Positions 16,136 through 23,117 of a DNA stretch of 24,316 nt are shown here, in pieces. The position numbers and the translations under genes were made by a program. Source of the DNA: a virus (lineage: Duplodnaviria; Caudoviricetes); IMG/VR virus record IMGVR_UViG_3300032216_001521, positions 1 through 24,316 of that record. One strand, written 5' to 3'. The number at the start of each line of letters is the position of its first letter. Position 1 is the stretch's first letter. The notes beneath the pieces were generated by a model that saw only the letters and a list, made by a program, of their open reading frames with translations, did not search any database and was not told the origin of the DNA.

Positions 16136-16927
16136 ATGAGAGCAAAAGAATTTTTAACTGAATTATTTCAAAGTCATAGCGGCTATGAAATAACCTCGGT
16201 GCCGTATGGTGATACGGTACAGAACGGACAGCTTAAATACGTCTTTGTTACCGATCCTGATGATAAAAATGAATATGGACGTCAAGGTGAAGTAGTAATC
16301 AAGCAAATCAAAGATGCCAATGTAGATTTAATCTTTGTAGAGTTTAATATTGAAGGCAGTACTGATACATCGGGATTAGGTGATCAATTCAAAATTTTAG
16401 GTGCAGTGGTAAAAGCAGTTAATAGATATTGTAGAATATACAAGCCCAAATATATTGTATTTGAAACAGAGGATCCTAAAAAGTTAAGCATGTACAAAGC
16501 AATGGTGCGTAGACAAGTGTTCCCAGGATATCAAACTATTGTACAAAGTTTGGATGATTACAATAAACTTATAGCAACTGACAAGGAACTTACTAAACAA
16601 ATTGGACCTAGACTTGCTGGGTTTGCTGATGAGATGGTGATGTTACAAAGAACAGAAGGTGCCGATAATATAAAACCACCAGAAGTAAAAGGCCAGTATG
16701 TAATTTATGGCCTGAACAAATATAGAGGTAAAGTATTTCATAGATTAGATGCACCGTCAGATGGCAAAGCACTACAGTTTGCCCGTGAATGGATAGAACA
16801 AAACTCAGCGAGATTGGGCGAACGTTGGGGGCTTGACAGAGGTAGACACTGGGACCTGGCAAAAGACCCACATGGTGAGTTTGCCCCTGCCCCGGCAGGT
16901 CAATATTCAGTAGTTGGACAAAACTAA
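16136..16927 (+). CDS. putative head-packaged protein with CTS-like N-terminus (MRAKEFLTE); paralog of 16929 and of a module in 12537
   Basis: Shared motif F...(T/S)G.GD...(V/I)(L/F).(T/A)V..A(I/V)..(Y/F)...Y(K/R)P..I.F......Y..M. Confidence 0.85.
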   Translation: MRAKEFLTELFQSHSGYEITSVPYGDTVQNGQLKYVFVTDPDDKNEYGRQGEVVIKQIKDANVDLIFVEFNIEGSTDTSGLGDQFKILGAVVKAVNRYCRIYKPKYIVFETEDPKKLSMYKAMVRRQVFPGYQTIVQSLDDYNKLIATDKELTKQIGPRLAGFADEMVMLQRTEGADNIKPPEVKGQYVIYGLNKYRGKVFHRLDAPSDGKALQFAREWIEQNSARLGERWGLDRGRHWDLAKDPHGEFAPAPAGQYSVVGQN

Positions 16928-16928
16928 C

Positions 16929-17384
16929 ATGAGAGCACAAGAATTGACAGAACTGTTTGATGCCAAAACAGCATTCCCATTGCAATGGGATAACCAGTTT
17001 GCCAGCAGTGGTGAGGTACACGCAGAAGCGTATGATGCAGATGGTAGAACCATTGACATATCATTTACTCCATTGGATAATGGAGAAGCAATTGAAATTG
17101 TATTTAGTCGTGGCGGTAGCTACGACTTGACTGGTCGTGGCGATGCAGCAAGAGTCCTGTCCACAGTGGTCAAGGCTATCGGCATGTACTTGCAAAAGTA
17201 TCGGCCGTCTTATATTGCATTCAGCGCCAAGTCTACTGGTGGCAGGGCAGGTACGTACTCGGCAATGATTCGTCGTCTTGCTGGTAGCTACACTCTATTG
17301 ACTCCACAAGAATATCCCGAAGAAGTAGGTCGTTTCTTAGATTTCCTTGGCAGTGACAAACCTTTTATATTGGCAAGATCATGA
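16929..17384 (+). CDS. putative head-packaged protein with CTS-like N-terminus (MRAQELTE)
   Basis: ATG 16929 follows the upstream TAA; same domain as 16136. Confidence 0.85.
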   Translation: MRAQELTELFDAKTAFPLQWDNQFASSGEVHAEAYDADGRTIDISFTPLDNGEAIEIVFSRGGSYDLTGRGDAARVLSTVVKAIGMYLQKYRPSYIAFSAKSTGGRAGTYSAMIRRLAGSYTLLTPQEYPEEVGRFLDFLGSDKPFILARS

Positions 17385-18988
17385 GAGCACAAGAATTTAT
17401 TGCAGAATCAATCAAGCTAGACAACAATGATGCTGCTCGAGCATTCATTGAACGAGTGTATGCACGGTATCCTTCTCGCTGGGATAACAATCATGTTATG
17501 GTTTGGGGCGAAGGTGATGAACAACAGTTTGCCATGTTTGAATTGACACCCAGTTTTAGTCGGCGCGGTGCGGTTGAAGTCAAGTGGTTCCAAGCATATC
17601 CATTGCGTCAAGGTGTTGGCTCACGTGCCATGCAGGAACTACAAGCCATGGCTCGAGAAGATGGTATTAGTCTTACCTTGTTCCCTTGGGACAAAGGTAA
17701 AGTAAGTCAAAGTAAACTAACAAAGTTCTATCGAGGCCAAGGCTTTCGGCCTGCTGTCAAGGGCAGCAAGAACATGCAATGGGATCCTAGTATAAATGAA
17801 GGATTACGTGTTGATGTGCCCAACGAAGAATGGTTGCAAGACGCAATTGACTATGCTGTAAGCAAAAGCCCCGATCGCAACGGTTTACCTTACATGGGCA
17901 AGACCACTGCCACTGTTAGGGAAGTTGATGTTCCGGTTAGCTTACTAAGACGAATACCAGGTATGCGCCATGAGCAATCAAACGTGAGATACCACGATCT
18001 TGATGCTATCATGAAAATAATGAGCGACACCGGTAAACTACCACTACACTCACATACTGGACAAGAGTACAAACCATTTATCAATGTAGCATACGATGGC
18101 AGCGCATGGGTCAACGAAGGTAATCACAGGATCATGGCCGCGGCACGATTAGGATGGGAGTCATTGCCAATAGAGATCAGTTACTTTGATGGTGGTGAGC
18201 GCATTGAGTCGGGACCAATGTATCCCAGCAAAATTGGCCTAGGTGAGCCGCTTGAAGAATTCAGTGATGTTGATCTCGAAGAAGATTGGCGCAATTGGGT
18301 AGCTGCTGGCGCACTGGGATTAGGTGCCATGGGCGGAGCGCAAGCTTCTATGCAACATGCTGCTCCAGTTAGCAAACCAGCAATAGTGCAACCAGCACAG
18401 GCACAGAAAGCAGCACCAGCTGCAACACAGGCAGCTCCAGCACAGAAAGCGGCAGCACAGCAGACACAGCAGACAGCACCTGTGCAGGCCCTGGACGCCA
18501 CGGAAAAGTATCTAGCCAGTGTAGCAGGTCAGGCCGGTATCAAGGGCACTGAACTGGCACAGTTCCTAGCACAAGTAAAACACGAGAGCTGGGACTTTAC
18601 TAAAATGGATGAAAAAGGCAGTGCCAAATACTTTAAACACAAATATGATCCGCAGTTCGCACCAAAGACTGCAAAAATAATCGGTAACACCAAAGTGGGC
18701 GACGGAGAACGATATCATGGTAGGGGCTATATACAGCTGACTGGTCGCGACAACTATCGCATGGCAGGAGCAGCATTAGGAATCGACTTGTTAAATAGCC
18801 CGCAGTTGGCTGCAGACCCCGCAACCGCAGCCAAGATAGCAGTATGGTTTTGGCAAGCTAGGACTAAAAATATCGCAGACTTTTCGGATACCAAATCAGT
18901 AACTCATAAAATCAATCCTGCACTACATGGACTAGAAAGCAGACAGGAAAATTTTGCCGAGTATGCAAAAATGTTACGCACAGCCTAA
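17381..18988 (+). CDS. fusion: GNAT acetyltransferase + ParB/Srx-like domain + GH19 lysozyme-like hydrolase, CTS-like N-terminus
   Basis: GNAT RQGVGS and LTKFYRGQGF; ParB-N VNEGNHRIMAAARLG; GH19 AQFLAQVKHES, YHGRGYIQLTGRDNY, AVWFW, VTHKIN. Confidence 0.88.
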   Translation: MRAQEFIAESIKLDNNDAARAFIERVYARYPSRWDNNHVMVWGEGDEQQFAMFELTPSFSRRGAVEVKWFQAYPLRQGVGSRAMQELQAMAREDGISLTLFPWDKGKVSQSKLTKFYRGQGFRPAVKGSKNMQWDPSINEGLRVDVPNEEWLQDAIDYAVSKSPDRNGLPYMGKTTATVREVDVPVSLLRRIPGMRHEQSNVRYHDLDAIMKIMSDTGKLPLHSHTGQEYKPFINVAYDGSAWVNEGNHRIMAAARLGWESLPIEISYFDGGERIESGPMYPSKIGLGEPLEEFSDVDLEEDWRNWVAAGALGLGAMGGAQASMQHAAPVSKPAIVQPAQAQKAAPAATQAAPAQKAAAQQTQQTAPVQALDATEKYLASVAGQAGIKGTELAQFLAQVKHESWDFTKMDEKGSAKYFKHKYDPQFAPKTAKIIGNTKVGDGERYHGRGYIQLTGRDNYRMAGAALGIDLLNSPQLAADPATAAKIAVWFWQARTKNIADFSDTKSVTHKINPALHGLESRQENFAEYAKMLRTA

Positions 18989-18990
18989 CA

Positions 18991-18998
18991 CATAAATA
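18991..18998 (+). promoter_or_regulatory. late-type promoter box CATAAATA
   Basis: Intergenic, 20 nt before ATG 19019. Confidence 0.65.
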
Positions 18999-19018
18999 TA
19001 ACATACTAGGAATTTACC

Positions 19019-20434
19019 ATGAGATTTCACGAATTTATCGCAGAAGCAGCAGCAACAAAAACACTGGGTGGTTTTACAGTAACGCCAGTTCACATCAGTG
19101 GGGAAGAAACTGTAAGGGAAAATGCAGAAGAACTCCATGTGGGCGATCCAGTTACAGTCACCGGCAATGTGGAATTCAATGGCAGCACTGGAGAAATCGT
19201 AGAATTTGGGCGTGACAAACGTTTTGTCGTAGTTGACCTATACAATCATGGACGTCAGAGTTTCCACAGCAGCGATATCGAATACAATGACTATGCCGAC
19301 AGCGACGAAGAAGAGGCCCGGGCATACGACAGTGATCCTGCTGCAAGAGACTGGAGTCTAGAAGAAGCGCTCAAGCTCAATGCTCCACAGAAGTCTTGGT
19401 CTAGACAAGACATGCAGGATTACTTGACCCGTATCAAAACTGGTACAAAAACCAAACAAGATAGATTCAAGCCCATCATACACGGCAGCAATGTCAAGGC
19501 CATTACCAAAGATGGCGGCGGCGAAGAATGGGACTTGGAAGACCTAAAACGCCAAATCACCACACCGCCCAGAGCCATTTTGGGATCCAATGCCAAGATG
19601 AGCAAGAGCAAAAAAGAAGGCGCTATCACATACGACTTGACTTTGCCGGCACTGAGCGGCATTGTTGTAGATGAAGAGACTGGCGAGTTTGTAGAGATTA
19701 CCACATGCCCAGGCGCTGGCGAATGCCAACTGTTCTGCTATGCTCGTAAGGGTGGCTATGTCATGTTCCCTGCTGCTTCTATGAGCGCAGCACAAGCCTT
19801 GAACTTCTTGGTCAATCATCCCCAAGACTACATGCAGATGTTTGACAGTGAAGTCAAACGCACCAAGGCACTAGCAGACAAGAACGGTATCAAGCTGTTG
19901 GTACGCATACACGATGCTGGTGACTTCTTCAGCAAGGAATACTGGGAACTGAGCAAGCAGGTACAGGAAAACAATCCAGACGTGCGCTTCTACTTCTACA
20001 GCAAGATGGGTGATCCAGTAACTGACCCCACTACACCTGCCAACACACTGCCCAACTTCAGTGACGGTGGTGCCAAGAGCCGCGAAGTTAAAAAGGTCGA
20101 GTTCCACAGGAACGCTGGCAAGAACCTTAAAGGTGCGCCAACTATTCCCAAGGACATGTTCCGGGACTTGTTTGTTACCGATGCCAAAGGCAAGTATGTC
20201 AAGGACGAGCAAGGCCGCACACAGGTCAAGAGCCCAGCTGCATGGGCCGGATTCAAACAGAAGCTGGCTGCCAAATACAGCATTGACCCCGAAAGCATCA
20301 TCACATACGATCAAATGAACAAGATTCCCGAAGGCCCACAGCCCAAATGGAATGTGGTGGTATTCCCGGCCGGGCACGGCGACCTAGGTGCCACACGCCT
20401 GGATGTACAAAATCAATTTTTGATGTTCCACTAG
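19019..20434 (+). CDS. Gp88-like (putative Fe-S / radical-SAM-related) protein with CTS-like N-terminus and an SH3/KOW-like module
   Basis: TCPGAGECQLFCYARKG, VRIHDAGDFFS, FYFYSK; N-terminus MRFHEFIAE. Confidence 0.75.
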   Translation: MRFHEFIAEAAATKTLGGFTVTPVHISGEETVRENAEELHVGDPVTVTGNVEFNGSTGEIVEFGRDKRFVVVDLYNHGRQSFHSSDIEYNDYADSDEEEARAYDSDPAARDWSLEEALKLNAPQKSWSRQDMQDYLTRIKTGTKTKQDRFKPIIHGSNVKAITKDGGGEEWDLEDLKRQITTPPRAILGSNAKMSKSKKEGAITYDLTLPALSGIVVDEETGEFVEITTCPGAGECQLFCYARKGGYVMFPAASMSAAQALNFLVNHPQDYMQMFDSEVKRTKALADKNGIKLLVRIHDAGDFFSKEYWELSKQVQENNPDVRFYFYSKMGDPVTDPTTPANTLPNFSDGGAKSREVKKVEFHRNAGKNLKGAPTIPKDMFRDLFVTDAKGKYVKDEQGRTQVKSPAAWAGFKQKLAAKYSIDPESIITYDQMNKIPEGPQPKWNVVVFPAGHGDLGATRLDVQNQFLMFH

Positions 20435-20435
20435 C

Positions 20436-20804
20436 ATGAGACTGCGTGAATTTGCCGAATCCAAACTACCCGACTACATACGGGAGTTTTTGCCGCATGT
20501 TCAACGGGAATTAAAACTACACGAATTTCCCAAGATCGAACTGTGCCGTCGCTTGCCTGGTGATTCTACACAAAGCAGTTTTGGTATGTACAAGACTGAT
20601 GAGAATTGCATATATCTTGTAGCAGTGGATCGTAACCCAGTAGACATCCTGCGCACACTGGCACATGAACTAACACACTACAAACAAGACCAACAGGGCT
20701 TGCTAGATCAAGACAGTGGTCACACTGGTAGCCGAGCCGAAAACGATGCCAACGCACAAGCCGGCATCATCATGCGCAACTACGGCAAGCGACACAAATT
20801 CTAG
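20436..20804 (+). CDS. small HExxH zinc metallopeptidase-like protein with CTS-like N-terminus
   Basis: ILRTLAHELTHYKQ plus a downstream E..ANA.AG third-ligand helix. Confidence 0.8.
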   Translation: MRLREFAESKLPDYIREFLPHVQRELKLHEFPKIELCRRLPGDSTQSSFGMYKTDENCIYLVAVDRNPVDILRTLAHELTHYKQDQQGLLDQDSGHTGSRAENDANAQAGIIMRNYGKRHKF

Positions 20805-20809
20805 TCGTG

Positions 20810-20832
20810 AAAAAGCCCAGTTGCCTGGGCTT
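20810..20832 (-). terminator. rho-independent terminator between convergent genes
   Basis: 8-bp stem AAGCCCAG/CTGGGCTT. The minus strand has a GCAA tetraloop followed by a U run. Confidence 0.8.
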
Positions 20833-20845
20833 CAGAGTAATTTAA

Positions 20846-21124
20846 TTACTTCTTGGTAGTGGTAGCTGTAGCACCTGCATTAACAAATGCGTACATCTTT
20901 TCAGCTGTCTCCATGATCTTGTCTAGACCTGGAAATTCTGGCATGTCCACTTTAGTAATGACTTGGCCAGTTTTTTCGTCCTTGGCAACTGACATTTCCC
21001 AGCCGCGGAACTTAGAGTGATATTCTTCACTGACTAGACCTTTGGCCATATCTAGAATATCTGTACGGATTTCGTATCCGGTTTTGTTGAATTTAACTTC
21101 GGGAAGTTTTGGTGTTGTTGACAT
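20846..21124 (-). CDS. hypothetical protein, 92 aa (MSTTPKLPEVKFNKTGYEIRTDIL...)
   Basis: AAGGAG SD at 21131-21136 before ATG 21124; the track's longer start overlaps the neighbour. Confidence 0.85.
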   Translation of the reverse strand: MSTTPKLPEVKFNKTGYEIRTDILDMAKGLVSEEYHSKFRGWEMSVAKDEKTGQVITKVDMPEFPGLDKIMETAEKMYAFVNAGATATTTKK

Positions 21125-21152
21125 AATAATCTCCTTGTGTGTGTATGTCGTT

Positions 21153-21431
21153 TTAGGCACGAGCCTGCTTGCTCGTAGAAGCCACAGCCTGGGCTTCTTC
21201 ATTCTTAGGAAACCATTTGTCAGAAATGGCATCCATGGAATACTTGGCGATGTCAGTGAAGTTGTGTGCCAACATTTTGGCAAACTCGGTCTGAGCATCA
21301 ATATAATCGTGTGCTGCCTTGTTCAGTGTGGGATCAGTGATGATCTTGTCTGTTAGGCCTCGCTTGGTTTCTTGGAACGCTTCGATATGTGCTTCGAGCG
21401 TTAGGTATGGTGCGAACATTTTATTAAACAT
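21153..21431 (-). CDS. phasin-like amphipathic helical protein (92 aa)
   Basis: AGGAG SD; small Ala-rich helical protein (AAHDYIDAQTEFAK). Phasin resemblance is by eye, supported by the nearby PhaR-like box. Confidence 0.55.
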   Translation of the reverse strand: MFNKMFAPYLTLEAHIEAFQETKRGLTDKIITDPTLNKAAHDYIDAQTEFAKMLAHNFTDIAKYSMDAISDKWFPKNEEAQAVASTSKQARA

Positions 21432-21478
21432 TTTTATCTCCTGTGTGTTGGTGTGTAACAGTAACGGTACTGTATTAT

Positions 21479-21486
21479 TATTTATA
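21479..21486 (-). promoter_or_regulatory. late promoter TATAAATA (minus strand)
   Basis: The + strand reads TATTTATA; lies upstream of ORF 21431. Confidence 0.7.
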
Positions 21487-21505
21487 TTGCAAGTCGCATG
21501 AGCGA

Positions 21506-21640
21506 TTAAATCCAGCCTTTGAAGTCTTGCATCATCATGCGTTTAGCGCCTTCATGATCGCCACTGCGTGCCATGTGTGACGCAGCACGCACACGGCCCA
21601 CTTCACCTAAAAAGTTATAGATCGATTTTAATAATTTCAT
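21506..21640 (-). CDS. small hypothetical protein, 44 aa (MKLLKSIYNFLGEVGRVRAASHMARSGDHEGAKRMMMQDFKGWI)
   Basis: Hand-translated; ATGA-coupled to the 21813 ORF. Confidence 0.75.
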   Translation of the reverse strand: MKLLKSIYNFLGEVGRVRAASHMARSGDHEGAKRMMMQDFKGWI

Positions 21641-21813
21641 ACCCATCCTCTGCGCGAATTGGTTAATTCAAATTGACGAGTAAGACGATCCACATCGCAG
21701 GTGTTCTGCGGTTCGTTTCTAACAATGTATTCCTCTAGTGCCGAACTGTAAGTTTGTGGCTTACTGAAATTCTGAAACAACTTGTGGAAGTATTCAGCTA
21801 TTTGGTTTAACAT
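21637..21813 (-). CDS. small protein, 58 aa, DUF3563-like (MLNQIAEYFHKLFQNF...ALEEYIVRNEPQNTCDVDRLTRQFE...)
   Basis: Hand-translated; AGGAG SD; family resemblance is tentative. Confidence 0.75.
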   Translation of the reverse strand: MLNQIAEYFHKLFQNFSKPQTYSSALEEYIVRNEPQNTCDVDRLTRQFELTNSRRGWV

Positions 21814-21862
21814 ATTTTCTCCTGTGTATTTAAACTGTAGAGACTCATGGTTTCTACTTAGT

Positions 21863-21870
21863 TATTTATC
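21863..21870 (-). promoter_or_regulatory. late-type promoter box GATAAATA (minus strand)
   Basis: The + strand reads TATTTATC; lies upstream of ORF 21813. Confidence 0.6.
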
Positions 21871-21886
21871 CATTGTAACAGGAATG

Positions 21887-21903
21887 ATGTTGCAATGCAA
21901 CAT
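21887..21903. promoter_or_regulatory. perfect palindrome ATGTTGCA-A-TGCAACAT, PhaR-like operator
   Basis: 8-bp arms with a 1-nt centre; the TGC-N3-GCA core resembles described PhaR boxes. Confidence 0.6.
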
Positions 21904-21914
21904 TTTTTATTCAG

Positions 21915-21962
21915 CAGATCGCCCAATATCGGGCATCACAGATCGCCCAATATTGGGCATCA
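21915..21962. repeat. tandem 24-bp duplication, each copy with palindrome GCCCAATATYGGGC
   Basis: CAGATCGCCCAATATCGGGCATCA (21915-21938) and CAGATCGCCCAATATTGGGCATCA (21939-21962), 1 mismatch. Confidence 0.92.
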
Positions 21963-21967
21963 AGCCA

Positions 21968-21996
21968 TTGCTTTATGCAATCGCTTAGTATATAAT
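21968..21996 (+). promoter_or_regulatory. sigma70-type promoter
   Basis: TTGCTT (21968-21973), 17-nt spacer, TATAAT (21991-21996). Confidence 0.75.
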
Positions 21997-22017
21997 CAGT
22001 TTTTACTGGAGAATCCT

Positions 22018-22278
22018 ATGACTGCAAAAATGTTTAGCGGCGAACAAAAAGCCAAACTGACCCAATTGGTTAATGAAGGTATGCGTACCATGATGGAAAT
22101 TGAAGACCTGTCTGCAGGTTTGAGCGATACCGTCAAAGCGGTAGCAGAAGAACTAGAAGTCAAGCCCGGTGTGCTCAAGAAGGCAATTCGTATTGCACAC
22201 AAGGCCAGCCTAGGCGAAACCAATCGTGATCACGAAGACCTCAACACCATTCTTGAAACTGTGGGCAAGACCCTTTGA
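22018..22278 (+). CDS. small dsDNA-binding protein (T4 DsbA / GapR-like), 86 aa
   Basis: GGAG SD before ATG 22018; helical pattern L..TVKAVAEELEVKPGVLKKAIRIAHK; upstream of the DNA polymerase. Confidence 0.7.
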   Translation: MTAKMFSGEQKAKLTQLVNEGMRTMMEIEDLSAGLSDTVKAVAEELEVKPGVLKKAIRIAHKASLGETNRDHEDLNTILETVGKTL

Positions 22279-22565
22279 TTCCCTTCTTCAAAGATATTTT
22301 CGGGTGGATACAAGATGACTATCGAACTGCGCCTGGCCGTTTTGTCGTGGAAATTGCAGCTTGGGCGATTAGCATCGGCTGTTCGATTACAATGGCGCTC
22401 ACTGTACCTAACCCGCCTATGGTTGTCCTTTATCCTATATGGATCAGCGGCTGCTGTATGTATGCTTGGGCTAGTTATACTCGTGGAAGTTTCGGCATGT
22501 TGGCTAACTACGTCCTGCTGGTCACAATTGACAGCATTGGGCTAACAAGAATGCTATGGTCATGA
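22275..22565 (+). CDS. small membrane protein (~3 TM)
   Basis: Three hydrophobic segments; TTGA overlap with the upstream stop. Confidence 0.75.
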   Translation: MIPFFKDIFGWIQDDYRTAPGRFVVEIAAWAISIGCSITMALTVPNPPMVVLYPIWISGCCMYAWASYTRGSFGMLANYVLLVTIDSIGLTRMLWS

Positions 22566-23038
22566 AACCCATTACCGAAATAAACATACCGTTTGATAAA
22601 CAGCAACTGCTAGCAGAAGCAAATTTAATCAAACAGTATGCTTCGGGATACACAGACAATAGATACCCCAACTTGAATCTGAGCAAGTGGCTGATTCGAA
22701 AACATTCAAGCGAGTATATCAGCAATCTAATAAAATTTTTAGAAGTTGATGGTGACCCTAGATTTTATTGGTTAGAGCCCAACGCGATTATTCCTGAACA
22801 TGTAGATAATGGTACCAAGTGTTCAATAAATTTTATTCTAACAGACACGCCAGCACCAGTTACTATATTAGGTGAAAATTTTACCTACACTGTGGGGGTG
22901 TTGGACACGACAAAACGGCACGGGGTAAAGAACGGTCCTGTAGAAAGAATATTATTTAAAATTAGCATTTTTAATGAAGACTATGAATCTGTAGTAACCA
23001 AGTTGCTGGCAAGATTTAACGCTGGTATAACTAGTTGA
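22562..23038 (+). CDS. 2OG-Fe(II) oxygenase-like cupin
   Basis: HxD (IPEHVD), distal His (KRHGVKN), downstream Arg (ERILF); ATGA-coupled start at 22562. Confidence 0.7.
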   Translation: MKPITEINIPFDKQQLLAEANLIKQYASGYTDNRYPNLNLSKWLIRKHSSEYISNLIKFLEVDGDPRFYWLEPNAIIPEHVDNGTKCSINFILTDTPAPVTILGENFTYTVGVLDTTKRHGVKNGPVERILFKISIFNEDYESVVTKLLARFNAGITS

Positions 23039-23039
23039 A

Positions 23040-23047
23040 TATAAATA
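23040..23047 (+). promoter_or_regulatory. TATAAATA box upstream of DNA polymerase
   Basis: Exact consensus, intergenic. Confidence 0.6.
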
Positions 23048-23060
23048 TTGCACAGGTATC

Positions 23061-23112
23061 GTCTACCTTAACGGACATGTATCACGGTATGCCGGCCATA
23101 AGCGGTAAGGAG
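23061..23112 (+). promoter_or_regulatory. twin hairpins with 8-nt loops abutting the polymerase SD (candidate translational operator)
   Basis: GTCT-ACCTTAAC-GGAC (23061-23076), TGCCG-GCCATAAG-CGGTA (23090-23107), then AGGAG. Confidence 0.5.
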
Positions 23113-23117
23113 CAATT

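Noticed and set aside
17609-17620. CAAGGTGTTGGC as another junction repeat
   Set aside because: It encodes the GNAT acetyl-CoA motif RQGVG and lacks the GCG GAR part.
18352-18490. Short repeats GCACAGAAAGC / CAGCAC
   Set aside because: Explained by an Ala/Gln/Pro low-complexity linker.
21895-22017. N-terminal extension of ORF 21895-22278 (RSPNIGHH repeat)
   Set aside because: It is read through the tandem repeat and promoter; ATG 22018 has the SD.
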